DNA of 64,000 nt from Candidatus Limimorpha sp. (GTDB lineage: Bacteria > Bacteroidota > Bacteroidia > Bacteroidales > F082): NCBI GenBank assembly GCA_045117495.1, contig JBGUNT010000089.1:75-64074 (forward strand), in the 5' to 3' direction. Of the stretch, positions 1-10,276 are shown piece after piece; position 1 is the first letter of the stretch, and every line of letters begins with the position of its first letter. Under the pieces are notes generated by a model. It did no database searches, was not told where the DNA came from, and saw only the letters and a list, made by a program, of their open reading frames with translations. Made by a program: the position numbers and the translations under genes.

Positions 1-40
1 GAGATTTACTTTCTCGTAAAACGGGCAAAGCCCGAAAAAG

Positions 41-391
41 TTACAGCCCGTAGGCGTTTTTCACGTCGTCGAGGCTGATGCCCAGCAACTTCATCTTCTT
101 CACCACCTCGGGCAGCTCCTTCTCGAGGAACTCCTCGCGCATCTGCTTGAGGACGATGTCCTTGGCCTCGGGTGAGATGAAATAGCCGATGCCGCGTTTG
201 TTGTAGATGATGCCCGCAGCGGTCATGGTCTCGTAGGAGCGCATGATGGTGTTGGGGTTCACGCCGAGTTGTATGCCGTAGTCGCGCACCGATGGGATGC
301 GGTCGTCAGCCTTCAGCTCGCCGCGCAGGATCTGCTCGTAGATCTGCGAACAAATCTGCAAGTATATGGGTTTGTGTGCGTTGAATTCCAT
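41..391 (-). CDS. GntR-family (YtrA-like) transcriptional regulator
   Basis: 116 aa. Winged-helix signature IPSVRDYGIQLGVNPNTIMRSYE. Last gene of a three-gene minus-strand operon with an ABC ATPase and a membrane protein. Confidence 0.85.
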   Translation of the reverse strand: MEFNAHKPIYLQICSQIYEQILRGELKADDRIPSVRDYGIQLGVNPNTIMRSYETMTAAGIIYNKRGIGYFISPEAKDIVLKQMREEFLEKELPEVVKKMKLLGISLDDVKNAYGL

Positions 392-394
392 GGC

Positions 395-1231
395 TTAGTA
401 TTTTTGGGTCTTGATTTTACGATAGGTGAAGAAGAACAGCAGGGCGGTGACGAGGATGCCGATAATCATGCCCCAAATGGTCGCATTATGGGCTATACGA
501 AACATCTCACTCTTCGGGAGTCCCTCTATGGTTTCCATCCAGTGTTGTAGGCGCCCACTCGTGATGAAGAGCAGTCCGAAAACCGTGGAAAGCACGTAAC
601 CAATGCCAAGATAGCAGGCAAAGGTCTTGCCGGCCTTGTGTTTCTTGAAGAGCATGTTGCCCAACATGAAGATGGCCGCCCACTGAAGGATGGTGACATA
701 GAGCGAGGTACGCATCATGCCTACGGAGAATACGTCAGTAAAGTTAAACGTTGCCTCGCCAACCCGAACTGCGCCAGAGTGGTCGTTCATCATACGGCCA
801 ATCTCACCAATGCTATAAAGATGGATAGGCTTCTCGAAACCACCAAAGGGGAAAATCGACAAGAAGGCGTCGACCAAGTAGCCGCCGAAGAAGACGATGA
901 TAGGCGTCGCCACGGCGCAGTAGAGGAACATGCTGAGGAACTTCTCCAAGGAGGAGGCGGGCATCATGGCGAAGCTCACACCCTCACGCGAGAGATTGGC
1001 CTTACCGTAGACTTTCTCCGGCACAAGCATCATGGCCAAAGCCGTCCAGACACATAACATTCCAAAACGAACTGGCGACATGGTTTCGGAACCGAAGAGC
1101 AGGTTGAAGATCCAATAGATGGCATTCAGGCAGCAGAACACGATGAGTGCGGTGCCGAAGTTGCGGAAGTATTTCTTGCCGTCGTTGACCAAAAGGTTCT
1201 TGAAGCGGTTGAATTCAAATGTGTTATTCAT
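395..1231 (-). CDS. polytopic membrane protein, putative permease partner of the adjacent ABC ATPase
   Basis: 278 aa with multiple hydrophobic segments. Tightly packed between the ATPase gene (14-nt gap) and the GntR gene (3-nt gap). Confidence 0.6.
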   Translation of the reverse strand: MNNTFEFNRFKNLLVNDGKKYFRNFGTALIVFCCLNAIYWIFNLLFGSETMSPVRFGMLCVWTALAMMLVPEKVYGKANLSREGVSFAMMPASSLEKFLSMFLYCAVATPIIVFFGGYLVDAFLSIFPFGGFEKPIHLYSIGEIGRMMNDHSGAVRVGEATFNFTDVFSVGMMRTSLYVTILQWAAIFMLGNMLFKKHKAGKTFACYLGIGYVLSTVFGLLFITSGRLQHWMETIEGLPKSEMFRIAHNATIWGMIIGILVTALLFFFTYRKIKTQKY

Positions 1232-1245
1232 GGCTTGTCCTCCTA

Positions 1246-2070
1246 TTAGCTAAAAAGTTGTTTGATGGTTTCCTTGTTTTTCATGACGGTGTTGAAGAGC
1301 ACCTCGATGCTGACCTTGCTGTCGAGGCCCTCGGGGTTGCGGGTCACGTTGACGTAGCCGCCGGGAATCATCTCGCTGTAGAGCGCGGTGTCGTCCTTCT
1401 CCATGCCGTAGTCGAAATAGAGGCGGTCGGTGATGTCGCGGAACGAGGCCTTGAGCAGCACCTCGTCGTGGTCGAGGATGATGATGGGGTCGATGAGGTT
1501 CTCCACGTCCTTCACCTGGTGGGTGGAGATGATGATGGTGCGCTCGTCGGTGGCGTGCTTGGCGATGACCTGACGGAAGAGGGTCTTCGAGGGAATGTCG
1601 AGGCCGTTGGTGGGCTCATCGAGGAGCAGGTAGTCGGTGTTGAGCGACAAGGCCGAGGCGATGAGGCACTTCTTCTGCTGGCCAAACGACATCTCGGCGT
1701 ATTTGCGCGTCGGGTCCACATCCAACTCCTTGCAAAGTTCGAGGAAGAGGCTCTCGTCGGATTTGGGATAGAACTTGCCGAGTTCCTTTATATTATTAAT
1801 AGGTGTGCCCTCCGGGATGGCAAAGTCCTCAGAGATGAAGTAGATCTTCTGGAGGGTTTCGGGCAGGCGGTTGAAGGGAGCTATGCCGTCAACCTCGCAA
1901 GCGCCCGCAGTGGGCTTTTGCAAGCCGCTGATGAGTTTCAGCAGGGAGGTCTTCCCCACTCCATTTTCGCCCAGCAGCCCGTAGATGTTACCCTTTTCGA
2001 AGCCGAGGCTGATGTTTTTGAAGACTGGCTGATTCTTGTAGCCGAAGTCTAAGTTGCTGATTGTAATCAT
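1246..2070 (-). CDS. ABC transporter ATP-binding protein
   Basis: Walker A GENGVGKTS, ABC signature-like SFGQQKK, Walker B LLLDEP. Confidence 0.9.
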   Translation of the reverse strand: MITISNLDFGYKNQPVFKNISLGFEKGNIYGLLGENGVGKTSLLKLISGLQKPTAGACEVDGIAPFNRLPETLQKIYFISEDFAIPEGTPINNIKELGKFYPKSDESLFLELCKELDVDPTRKYAEMSFGQQKKCLIASALSLNTDYLLLDEPTNGLDIPSKTLFRQVIAKHATDERTIIISTHQVKDVENLIDPIIILDHDEVLLKASFRDITDRLYFDYGMEKDDTALYSEMIPGGYVNVTRNPEGLDSKVSIEVLFNTVMKNKETIKQLFS

Positions 2071-2113
2071 ATTGTTGTATTTTGTGTTAGTGTATTAGTT
2101 AAATAGAACACTG

Positions 2114-2121
2114 CAAAAGTA
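2114..2121 (-). promoter_or_regulatory. Bacteroidota -7 box (TACTTTTG on minus strand) for the ABC/GntR operon
   Basis: Plus-strand CAAAAGTA is the reverse complement of TAnnTTTG. It lies 44 nt upstream of the ATG at 2070. Confidence 0.5.
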
Positions 2122-2181
2122 CAACAATTTTTATTACTGTCAAGAAAAAAGTGATTTTTTTTGAAAAAATTTTCTTTGGGC

Positions 2182-2210
2182 AAAAAAAAGGAGCCTTTAC
2201 AAAGGCTCCC
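2182..2210 (-). terminator. intrinsic terminator overlapping the stop codon of the 153-aa gene
   Basis: Minus-strand hairpin GGAGCCTTTGTAAAGGCTCC followed by a T8 run. The stop codon lies in the loop. Confidence 0.7.
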
Positions 2211-2658
2211 CTGTAGGTAATTCGATAGGCAGTTCTTGTGGCAGTTCCGCGTTGTTGATCGACAGCACGCTGTCGACCACATACTTGCTCATGCCCCTCC
2301 ATGGCAAGGCGCCGAGATACTCCTTGTAGTGGAGCTCCACAAACTTGCCAGCGCTGCGTTCCAGCTGTCGGGCCACGTTCTCGTCCTTCACCGAGAAGTT
2401 GAACTCGTTCGACTGGATGGTCGCATTGCTGTTCTTTGAGTTGTAGCCAGCCTGGATGAGGCGTCCCTCATAGGTCTTAAAGACATAGCCTTTGTAGACA
2501 AACAGGTTCAGCTCGCCGGCCTTCACGCCGCTACCGAACACAAAATAGAACTTGAAAAAGACAAAGCCTGCCGCTGCCAAGAGTAGGATGAAACCTATGA
2601 TAGCAAAGATCCGGCAACCCGCTCTTTTCTTTTTGGGTTTTTCTGAGTATTCTTCCAT
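2197..2658 (-). CDS. hypothetical N-terminally membrane-anchored protein
   Basis: 153 aa. Basic N-terminus followed by one hydrophobic helix (IFAIIGFILLLAAAGFVFF). No recognised catalytic motif. Confidence 0.5.
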   Translation of the reverse strand: MEEYSEKPKKKRAGCRIFAIIGFILLLAAAGFVFFKFYFVFGSGVKAGELNLFVYKGYVFKTYEGRLIQAGYNSKNSNATIQSNEFNFSVKDENVARQLERSAGKFVELHYKEYLGALPWRGMSKYVVDSVLSINNAELPQELPIELPTGEPL

Positions 2659-2673
2659 AGTGTGTATTCTTTA

Positions 2674-3327
2674 TTATTGATGTTTCTTCTGATAATAGTC
2701 GCAAATCGTAGTGATGCCACATTCTTCGCATTTGGGCTTTCGGGCCAGGCACACGTAGCGCCCATGCAGGATAAGCCAATGGTGTGCCTTTGCCATCACT
2801 GCCTTGGGCAGGTGTGCCACCAAGGTCTTTTCCGTTTCCAACACGTTTTTCGAGTTACGGGTCAGACCGATGCGGTTCGACACCCTGAATACGTGTGTGT
2901 CGACAGGCATGGCGGGTTGTTTGAATGCCACCGCCATCATCACATTGGCGGTCTTGCGGCCTACGCCAGGCAGTTTTTGCAGGTCTTCCAAGTTGTCGGG
3001 CACGATGCCATCAAAATCCTTCACCAACGTTTGCGCCATCCCTAGCAGGTTCTTCGCCTTGTTGTTGGGATAGGAGATGCTTTTGATATAGGAGTAGATC
3101 TCCGCTGCCGACGATTGCGCCATCTCCTGTGCTGTAGGGAAACGCTGGAACAAGGTGGGCGTTGTCATGTTGACGCGTTTGTCGGTGCATTGTGCCGAAA
3201 GGATGACCGCCACCAACAGCTGATAGGGGTTCTCATACCTCAGCTCCGATTCTGCCACAGGCATGTGTTCCTCGAAATACGCCACAAAGGCGTCATACTT
3301 CTGTTGGATTTTCGTAACGCTCATCAA
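2674..3327 (-). CDS. nth: endonuclease III (DNA glycosylase/AP lyase)
   Basis: HhH-GPD motif LPGVGRKTANV. C-terminal 4Fe-4S cluster loop CLARKPKCEECGITTIC. Confidence 0.92.
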   Translation of the reverse strand: MMSVTKIQQKYDAFVAYFEEHMPVAESELRYENPYQLLVAVILSAQCTDKRVNMTTPTLFQRFPTAQEMAQSSAAEIYSYIKSISYPNNKAKNLLGMAQTLVKDFDGIVPDNLEDLQKLPGVGRKTANVMMAVAFKQPAMPVDTHVFRVSNRIGLTRNSKNVLETEKTLVAHLPKAVMAKAHHWLILHGRYVCLARKPKCEECGITTICDYYQKKHQ

Positions 3328-3776
3328 ATGATATCTCCCTGTTCGTCAACAAGCACGCCCCAGCTGACCGCCGTCATCGCGCCGTCTTCAAAGAAGAAGT
3401 CGATCAAGGCATCCTCGAACGAAACGCGCAACTCGCCATCCTCGGTTTCCTCTTCCAAATCCTTGAAACCGTTGTCTTTCATCAGCTTGACGACTTCGTC
3501 CTTCTTCAATTCAAAGACCTTCTTCCCAAACAATGTAGCCTCCTTGTTCTCGGTCTCGAAGCAAGCCACCACCGATTTGGTGATGCCTTCAAAATAGATA
3601 TTGGTTTGGATGCCATCGTATTCATAATAGATGGAGCGATTGCCCGTCTCCTCCATATCACTCAGTTCCTCATAGAAATCAGGCATTTCCAGGATCTTAA
3701 CGGTGTCGTCGAGCGTCATTCCGAAAGGTATCTCTCCATAGCCTTTCAGGGGATTAATGGTAAAGTCTTTCATCAT
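3324..3776 (-). CDS. hypothetical acidic cytoplasmic protein
   Basis: 150-aa ORF with no signal peptide. Its stop overlaps the nth start by 4 nt, which suggests translational coupling. Confidence 0.5.
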   Translation of the reverse strand: MMKDFTINPLKGYGEIPFGMTLDDTVKILEMPDFYEELSDMEETGNRSIYYEYDGIQTNIYFEGITKSVVACFETENKEATLFGKKVFELKKDEVVKLMKDNGFKDLEEETEDGELRVSFEDALIDFFFEDGAMTAVSWGVLVDEQGDII

Positions 3777-3846
3777 AATTATTGGGATTGGGCTGCTAAG
3801 ATAAGTATTTTATCATAACACCAGGCAAAAAAGACATTTTTTTCGC

Positions 3847-5085
3847 TTATTCGAAGCGAATCGACTTGGTAGGGCTGATGCGGTTGATGACAGAGGTCGG
3901 GATGAGCAGCATCAAGACCCAAAGCAGGAAAGTGCCCAGATTGATGAGCAGTACCGTCCAAAAATGCAATTCGATAGGCACTGCAGACAGATAATAGGTC
4001 TCGGCCGGCAGCTTGATCAAACCCGTGTATTTTTGCAGGAAACAAAAGCCTAGACCGATAGCATTGCCAATGAGCATCCCGATGAGCAGTATGCGCAACG
4101 AACGACGCAAAAATACCTCGCGAACGAACTTGTTGCTGGCGCCCATCGCCTTCAGCAGGCCGATGGTCGAAGTACGTTCTATTATGATGATGAGCAACAT
4201 GCTGACGACCGTAATACCAGCGACCAAGAGCATCAGGGCCATAATCAACCAGACGTTGGTATCCAACAAATCGAGCCAGTCGAAAATTTGCGGATGGCTT
4301 TCGCGGGCGGTATAAGAGGCCAATTCAGAGGGCAAGGCATAATAGAGTTTCTCATTGACTTGATTGGCATCGGCATCCTTGTCCAATGCGATTTCAAGCA
4401 GTCCGGCCTCGTTGTCTTCCCAGTCGTTCAGCTTGCGGATTTGGTTGAGATCGGCGAACACATAGCGCTCGTCAAACTCATAGAGTCCTGTCTCGTAGAT
4501 GCCTTTTACAGTGAATTTGCGACCTCTCGCCTGCTGGTCCTTGTCAATAAACCATACGCGTACATCATCGTCCACATTGAGCAGCATCTTGTCGGCGATC
4601 ACCTTGGACACCAGCACTTCCGTTGAGCGTTCACCAGCGGCATATTTTGGCGTTTGGCCACCGATGAGGCAGTGGGCGAAATAGCTCCAGTCATAGTTTT
4701 CGTCCACACCCTTCAAAATAACCCCCTGAATCTCGTCGTCAGTCTTGATCATGCCCGCCTTGTCGGCCACCATCTGGTAATGACAGATGCCTTCTACGGC
4801 ATCCAATCTGCTCATCAGAAGCGAATCCAACTGAAACGGCGTTTCTTCCACCGACTCATTCTTGTCGAGCGACTGCACATGGATGGGTGCCACAAAGCCC
4901 ACCACCTTGTCGCGAATCTGGTTCTTGAAGCCCACCACGACAGCCCAGGCGATGAGCATCACGATGATGGCCAAGGCCACACTCGCCACTGCCAATCGCA
5001 TCACCGTCGAAGACAAATTTTCCTTCGAAAGCGAAAAAATCCGGTCTGCTATGAATTTTGGGCCCGACATTTGTAGGTTTTTCAA
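3847..5085 (-). CDS. FtsX/LolC/LolE-family ABC transporter permease
   Basis: 412 aa. N-terminal TM helix, large periplasmic domain, three C-terminal TM helices with an FtsX-like region (IIIIERTSTIGLLKAMGASN). Confidence 0.8.
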   Translation of the reverse strand: MKNLQMSGPKFIADRIFSLSKENLSSTVMRLAVASVALAIIVMLIAWAVVVGFKNQIRDKVVGFVAPIHVQSLDKNESVEETPFQLDSLLMSRLDAVEGICHYQMVADKAGMIKTDDEIQGVILKGVDENYDWSYFAHCLIGGQTPKYAAGERSTEVLVSKVIADKMLLNVDDDVRVWFIDKDQQARGRKFTVKGIYETGLYEFDERYVFADLNQIRKLNDWEDNEAGLLEIALDKDADANQVNEKLYYALPSELASYTARESHPQIFDWLDLLDTNVWLIMALMLLVAGITVVSMLLIIIIERTSTIGLLKAMGASNKFVREVFLRRSLRILLIGMLIGNAIGLGFCFLQKYTGLIKLPAETYYLSAVPIELHFWTVLLINLGTFLLWVLMLLIPTSVINRISPTKSIRFE

Positions 5086-5093
5086 TAATTTTG
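5086..5093 (+). promoter_or_regulatory. -7 box TAATTTTG
   Basis: Matches TAnnTTTG, 22 nt upstream of the ATG at 5115. Confidence 0.5.
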
Positions 5094-5114
5094 CAAAAGT
5101 AAAAATAAAACCCG

Positions 5115-6347
5115 ATGAAACGACATTTCTTTGCCATCACTTTGCTGTTTTGCGTGTTTCTCCCGCAATGTCACGCCCAAGTCAGCCAAAACCATAACGA
5201 ACCAACAAGCATCATTACGACAGAGCAAGAGCCTTTATTGGCTTTTGTCGACAAGGCGCATTACATCTCTGCCGCAATGCAGATGGACGACTATCTCACG
5301 CTCCTGCAGGGAAAACGTGTCGGCGTAGTCGGCAACCAGACGAGCATCGTAGGAGAAAGGCATCTGGTGGACACTTTGCTCTCGCTGGGCATCGACATCC
5401 GTAAGATCTACACGCCTGAGCACGGCTTCCGCGGCACTGCCGACGCCGGCGCCAAGGTGAACAGCGGCAAAGACGAAAAGACGGGTATCGCCATCGCTTC
5501 ATTATACGGCAAAAACAAGAAGCCCACACCAGAAATGCTGCAAGGGATCGACATCATACTCTTTGACTTACAAGACGTCGGGGTTCGTTTCTACACTTAT
5601 ATTTCCACCATGAGCTACGTGATGGAAGCCGCTGCCGAAAACGGCATCCCCGTTGTCGTCCTCGACCGTCCCAATCCGAACGGCTTCTACGTCGACGGCC
5701 CTGTCCTGAAGGCTGAAAACCATTCTTTCGTGGGCATGCACCAGGTGCCTGTCGTCTACGGCATGACCATCGGTGAATACGCCCTGATGGTAAACGGCGA
5801 AGGCTGGCTTAAAAACGGCATTGCCTGCGACCTGACCGTGATTCCCATCAAGGGTTACATCCGCAACGCCATCTATGAATTGCCCGTGAAGCCCTCTCCC
5901 AACCTACCCAACTGGGAGTCGGTGTACCTCTATCCTACCCTTTGCTTCTTCGAAGGCAGTAGCGTCAGCGTGGGGCGCGGCACAGAGACGCCTTTCCAGG
6001 TTTATGGCCACCCCGACATGCGAGGGAGCTTTACTTTCACGCCCCAAAGCACCAGCGGTGCCTCAAAGCCCCTACTCGAAGGCCAACGTTGCCGCGGCGA
6101 GAACCTCGTGGAGTTCGCCCACGACTTTCCACACAACGAAAACCAGCTCCACTTAGAGTGGATTATCGATGCCTATCAACAAATGAAAGACAAAGGCTTC
6201 TTCAAGGATTACTTCCGTCTGCTGGCCGGTGACAAGCAACTGCAGCGCGCCATAGAAAACGGAAAAAGCGCGGACGAAATCCGCGCTTCATGGAGCGATG
6301 ACCTTGCATCGTTTTTGGCCATCCGGCAGAAATACCTACTCTACTGA
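5115..6347 (+). CDS. DUF1343-family protein (NamZ-like exo-beta-N-acetylmuramidase family)
   Basis: Signal peptide. Family-typical segments RVGVVGNQTS and ILFDLQDVGVRFYTYISTM. Confidence 0.7.
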   Translation: MKRHFFAITLLFCVFLPQCHAQVSQNHNEPTSIITTEQEPLLAFVDKAHYISAAMQMDDYLTLLQGKRVGVVGNQTSIVGERHLVDTLLSLGIDIRKIYTPEHGFRGTADAGAKVNSGKDEKTGIAIASLYGKNKKPTPEMLQGIDIILFDLQDVGVRFYTYISTMSYVMEAAAENGIPVVVLDRPNPNGFYVDGPVLKAENHSFVGMHQVPVVYGMTIGEYALMVNGEGWLKNGIACDLTVIPIKGYIRNAIYELPVKPSPNLPNWESVYLYPTLCFFEGSSVSVGRGTETPFQVYGHPDMRGSFTFTPQSTSGASKPLLEGQRCRGENLVEFAHDFPHNENQLHLEWIIDAYQQMKDKGFFKDYFRLLAGDKQLQRAIENGKSADEIRASWSDDLASFLAIRQKYLLY

Positions 6348-8015
6348 TTACATGAAACTGCTGCCACCGATAAACTGGCGCAACATAGATGTAGCCGGAA
6401 TCTCCTTGTCGGAGACAGGCGTGAAATAATGCAGGAAACGCAACAGACGGTGCGCTTCGGTGTATTCGCGGCAGTTGTTTGGCACCGTAGCCAAGGTACT
6501 CTCGGCATGGTTGCGCATGACGGCAAACTCCAAGAGATAAGCCGAGTTGAACATCACGTCGGCATTCTCCTGATAGGGATAGATCCACTTCTCCTCGGCG
6601 GCACGCACGCTGGCCCACTGGCTGATGGTTTGACGCGCTGTAAACGCACCTTTGTTATAGTCGCGCACGATGCGGCGCAGCAGTCGGTTGTCGTCAGTCG
6701 GGATGGTGTTGTGGTCATCCAATGCCGTGCTGGTCAAGGTGGAAATGAAGATGCGGAACTTGGTTGACTCGGGTATCTGGTCCGTCAGCATGGGATTTAA
6801 GGCGTGTATGCCTTCCAGCAACAAGACAGAGCCCGGCTTCAGCTGCAGTTTCTTGCCGTTGTATTCGCGCATACCCGTGACAAAGTTGTATTCAGGCACT
6901 TCTATCTCCTCGCCTTTCAGCAAGGCGATCAGGTCGCGTTCAAGGGCTGCGTGGTCGACCGTATCGAAGTTGTCAAAGTCATAGGTGCCATCAGGCAGCT
7001 TGGGGGTGTCCACACGGTTGACGAAATAATCGTCGGTGGAAAACGAGATGGGCTTCAGTCCGCAGGCCTTCAGCTGGATGCTGACGCGGCTGCAGAAGGT
7101 GGTCTTGCCGCTGCTGCTCGGTCCGGTGATGAGCACCAGACGGACGGGGTTTTCACTATGATAACGCCTGTTGATCTCCTCGGCGATCTGCACGATTTTC
7201 TTTTCTTGCAAGGCCTCAGCCACCTGCACCAACTCGCGCGCCATCCCATTTTGGCAGGCATGGTTGACATCGCCCACCGTGCTCAAGCCCATGATGTCGT
7301 TCCACTTCAGGCTTTCCGAAAACACCTCAAAGGTCTTAGGCTGGTCATGCATCTCGGCCAGCTGGTCGGGATGGTCACGGTCAGGAACACGGACCAGAAT
7401 GCCATCGCGATAGGAATCGATGTCCCAGATATTAAGATAGCCAGTGGATGGGACCAAACGGCCGTAATAATAGTCGGTGGTGCCATCCAAGGTGTAATAA
7501 TCGGTATAAGCCTCTCCGCTGGTTTCCAAAAGCTTCACCTTGTCTTCAAGCCCGAGTCCTCTGAACATGTTAATGGCATCCTCGATGCGGGCTTCATGGC
7601 GACGAAATTGGATGTCGTCGGCCACGATGGTCCTCATCCGCACCCTAAGGGCGGCGATGTCGTTGCCATCGAGGTTTTTCCCGTCGCTTTTCTTGATACG
7701 GTAATAGAAACCTTTAGAGATAGGATGCTCCATGCTCAGCTTACTGCCTGGAAACAAGTCCTGTGCGGCCTTATAAAGCAGGAAGCCCAACGACCGGAAA
7801 TAAACCAGACGTGCGGTATGGTGCGTGAGATCGAGAAACTCGACATCGCGGCTATTGTAGACACGAAATTTCAGCCCCTGCGACACATTGTTGACCATGG
7901 CGGAGACGATGGGATAAGGCCTGTCGAATTCAAACTCAGGCAACATCTCGAGCAAGGTCGTCCCCTCCTTGAACTCCTTTGTGGTTTGGTTGTTGATGCA
8001 ATAGACTTGAAGCAT
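6348..8015 (-). CDS. uridine/nucleoside kinase-family protein with N-terminal TGS-like extension
   Basis: 555 aa. P-loop ITGPSSSGKTTF within a C-terminal uridine-kinase-like domain. Confidence 0.7.
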   Translation of the reverse strand: MLQVYCINNQTTKEFKEGTTLLEMLPEFEFDRPYPIVSAMVNNVSQGLKFRVYNSRDVEFLDLTHHTARLVYFRSLGFLLYKAAQDLFPGSKLSMEHPISKGFYYRIKKSDGKNLDGNDIAALRVRMRTIVADDIQFRRHEARIEDAINMFRGLGLEDKVKLLETSGEAYTDYYTLDGTTDYYYGRLVPSTGYLNIWDIDSYRDGILVRVPDRDHPDQLAEMHDQPKTFEVFSESLKWNDIMGLSTVGDVNHACQNGMARELVQVAEALQEKKIVQIAEEINRRYHSENPVRLVLITGPSSSGKTTFCSRVSIQLKACGLKPISFSTDDYFVNRVDTPKLPDGTYDFDNFDTVDHAALERDLIALLKGEEIEVPEYNFVTGMREYNGKKLQLKPGSVLLLEGIHALNPMLTDQIPESTKFRIFISTLTSTALDDHNTIPTDDNRLLRRIVRDYNKGAFTARQTISQWASVRAAEEKWIYPYQENADVMFNSAYLLEFAVMRNHAESTLATVPNNCREYTEAHRLLRFLHYFTPVSDKEIPATSMLRQFIGGSSFM

Positions 8016-8041
8016 AGTGACTTAAGGAATGGAAATAAAAC

Positions 8042-9076
8042 TTATTCCGTAACTTGGTTTTGTATTCTATTGACGCCATCAATGGCAAGGCGATAATCAG
8101 GCTGCGTACTCAGCACCTGTTTATAGATATCCAGCGCCTCCGAATAGCGCCCCATCTGTTCCAAGACCCTTCCTTTGTTGTAACGGGCGTCAAGATAATT
8201 GGGATTCACTTCCAATGCCTTGTCAAAATACTCCAGGGCCACCTCATTGTTTTCCATATAGACGAAGTTGACATAGGCGATGTTATACAACAGGATGTAA
8301 TTGTCAGGTTGTTGCATCAGCAGCGTATCGTAATGGTGCAAGGCCTCCTCGGGCTCGCCATGGCTTTGCTGGTACAAAGCCAACTCATAGCGCGCATTGG
8401 TTTGATCGGGGAATTGTTGCTGCACCTTTTTGATGTAATCCAATGCATAAGGAGGCTGTTGTACAGCATAAATCCTACAGATTTGCTCGACCGGATCGTA
8501 AAACTGCTCATCCTGTTCGGCAGCATATTGGAAATTCTTCAATGCATTCACCGTATCATGCTGAGCCACGATATAGTACATACCTTTCACAAAATAGGCT
8601 CTTGGATTGTAGGGCGCCAATTTCAAAGCCTTGTCGACATAGGCAGCGGCAAGGTTATAGTTTTGTTGCAACAGGTTGAGCTCGCCTAGCTTGACGACAG
8701 GACGGGGATCCATGGGGTCGATCTCGCAGGCCTTGTTGAGGGTAGTGCTGATATTGCCATCATCGCCCAAGCCATAATAGACATCCGCCAATAGCAGATA
8801 GGTGTCGATATTATTGGGATCGAACTGCAGCGACTTGTTGATGTCGATCATAGCCTGTCCGATTTGCTCGTTGGCAAAATACGCCTGTGCCCTTCTACGA
8901 TATAGGCCGGCATTGGTGCTGTCCATAGCGATGGAGTCGCTCAGCAGTTGGACGGCCTCGCTCATAGTGACGGGAGCCGTTGACACTTGGGCTGTATTGT
9001 CGGTTTCAGGTTTCGGCGTGTTGTTGCAGGCTACAAAAGCGAGCAGCAAGCCGAGGAAAAGGATGAATTTTTTCAT
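8042..9076 (-). CDS. TPR-repeat lipoprotein
   Basis: Start moved to MKKFILFLGLLLAFVAC (lipobox). Multiple 34-aa TPR-like repeats. The longer ORF start at 9142 runs into a repeat element. Confidence 0.8.
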   Translation of the reverse strand: MKKFILFLGLLLAFVACNNTPKPETDNTAQVSTAPVTMSEAVQLLSDSIAMDSTNAGLYRRRAQAYFANEQIGQAMIDINKSLQFDPNNIDTYLLLADVYYGLGDDGNISTTLNKACEIDPMDPRPVVKLGELNLLQQNYNLAAAYVDKALKLAPYNPRAYFVKGMYYIVAQHDTVNALKNFQYAAEQDEQFYDPVEQICRIYAVQQPPYALDYIKKVQQQFPDQTNARYELALYQQSHGEPEEALHHYDTLLMQQPDNYILLYNIAYVNFVYMENNEVALEYFDKALEVNPNYLDARYNKGRVLEQMGRYSEALDIYKQVLSTQPDYRLAIDGVNRIQNQVTE

Positions 9077-9103
9077 TGTCAACTGAATTGTCTTTGTTAT
9101 TAC

Positions 9104-9140
9104 CGCTTTGCGCCACTGCTTCGTTCCTCGCAATGACGAC
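9104..9140. repeat. solo arm of the family-A palindromic element (CTTCGTTCCTCGCAATGACG)
   Basis: Matches the right arm of the complete elements at 11825-11920 and 29924-30008. Lies between the recA stop and the TPR gene start. Confidence 0.7.
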
Positions 9141-9145
9141 AAGGA

Positions 9146-10174
9146 TTATTCTTCACTCTTCTCGAGTGCCTCGAAGATCTTGGCGGTCAGTTCGTCGGCG
9201 AGTTCGGGGTTGTCTTCGATGAGTTTCTTGACCGAATCGCGACCTTGGGCCAGCTTGGAGTCGCCATAGCTGAACCATGAGCCACTCTTCTTGATGATGC
9301 CCATCTCAACGCCGAGGTCAACGATTTCGCCCGAGCGGGAGATGCCTTCGCCATAGAGGATGTCGAATTCGGCCTTACGGAACGGCGGAGCCACCTTGTT
9401 CTTGACGACCTTCACCTTGACGCGGCTACCCTGAACGTTCTCGCCATCTTTGATCTGGCTGATCTTACGGATGTCGATGCGCACTGAGCTATAGAACTTC
9501 AAGGCATTGCCGCCCGTGGTGGTCTCTGGATTGCCAAACATTACGCCGATCTTCTCACGCAACTGGTTGATGAAGATGCAGACGCAGCCCGTCTTGTTGA
9601 TGGTGGCAGTAAGCTTACGCATGGCTTGGCTCATCAGTCGGGCCTGGAGACCCATCTTGCTGTCGCCCATCTCGCCTTCAATCTCGCTCTTGGGCGTCAA
9701 GGCAGCCACGGAGTCGACCACGATGACGTCGATGGCACCGGAACGGATGAGGTTCTCGGCGATTTCGAGAGCTTGTTCGCCGTAGTCGGGTTGTGAGATA
9801 AGGAGGTTCTCCACGTCCACACCGAGTTTGGCGGCATAGAAACGGTCGAATGCATGCTCGGCATCGATGAAGGCGGCAATACCACCTTTCTTCTGTGCTT
9901 CGGCGATGACGTGCAATGCCAGCGTCGTCTTACCCGAACTCTCTGGGCCATATATCTCGGTGATGCGGCCCTTCGGCAAACCGCCTACGCCGAGGGCGTA
10001 GTCAAGGCCGATTGAACCGGTGGAGATGCTCTCCATCTTCTCAGCCTCGGCACCCAAGCGCATGATGCTTCCCTTACCGAAGCTCTTCTCAATGTTTCCC
10101 AATGTGGCTTCCAAAGCCTTCAGTTTCTCCTGCCTCAGTTTCGCAGCTTCTTCTTGTGTTTTCTCTGTAGTCAT
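9146..10174 (-). CDS. recA: recombinase RecA
   Basis: Walker [10 protein letters not shown]. Highly conserved RecA core ([13 protein letters not shown]). Confidence 0.97.
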   Translation of the reverse strand: MTTEKTQEEAAKLRQEKLKALEATLGNIEKSFGKGSIMRLGAEAEKMESISTGSIGLDYALGVGGLPKGRITEIYGPESSGKTTLALHVIAEAQKKGGIAAFIDAEHAFDRFYAAKLGVDVENLLISQPDYGEQALEIAENLIRSGAIDVIVVDSVAALTPKSEIEGEMGDSKMGLQARLMSQAMRKLTATINKTGCVCIFINQLREKIGVMFGNPETTTGGNALKFYSSVRIDIRKISQIKDGENVQGSRVKVKVVKNKVAPPFRKAEFDILYGEGISRSGEIVDLGVEMGIIKKSGSWFSYGDSKLAQGRDSVKKLIEDNPELADELTAKIFEALEKSEE

Positions 10175-10268
10175 AGTTTTGTGGGTTTTTTAATTAGTTA
10201 GTATTTAATGATTTAAAATTTAAAGATTCAAAATTTAAGATTCGATTTGTACGAATCAATTAAAAGGA

Positions 10269-10276
10269 CAAAGATA
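10269..10276 (-). promoter_or_regulatory. -7 box (TATCTTTG on minus strand) upstream of recA
   Basis: Plus-strand CAAAGATA. About 95 nt upstream of the recA ATG. Confidence 0.4.

Noticed and set aside
1219-2052. Long antisense ORFs opposite confirmed genes. Examples: 1219-2052 (+), 6804-8096 (+), 15542-16369 (-), 21323-21952 (-), 33915-34871 (-), 39057-39884 (+), 43632-44228 (-), 45866-47167 (-), 47687-48421 (+), 56109-57146 (+), 59895-60422 (+).
   Set aside because: Each lies entirely within a gene on the other strand that has strong family motifs. Their translations are low-complexity (rich in V, G, D, H, A) with no motifs. These are typical shadow ORFs of moderately GC-rich coding DNA.
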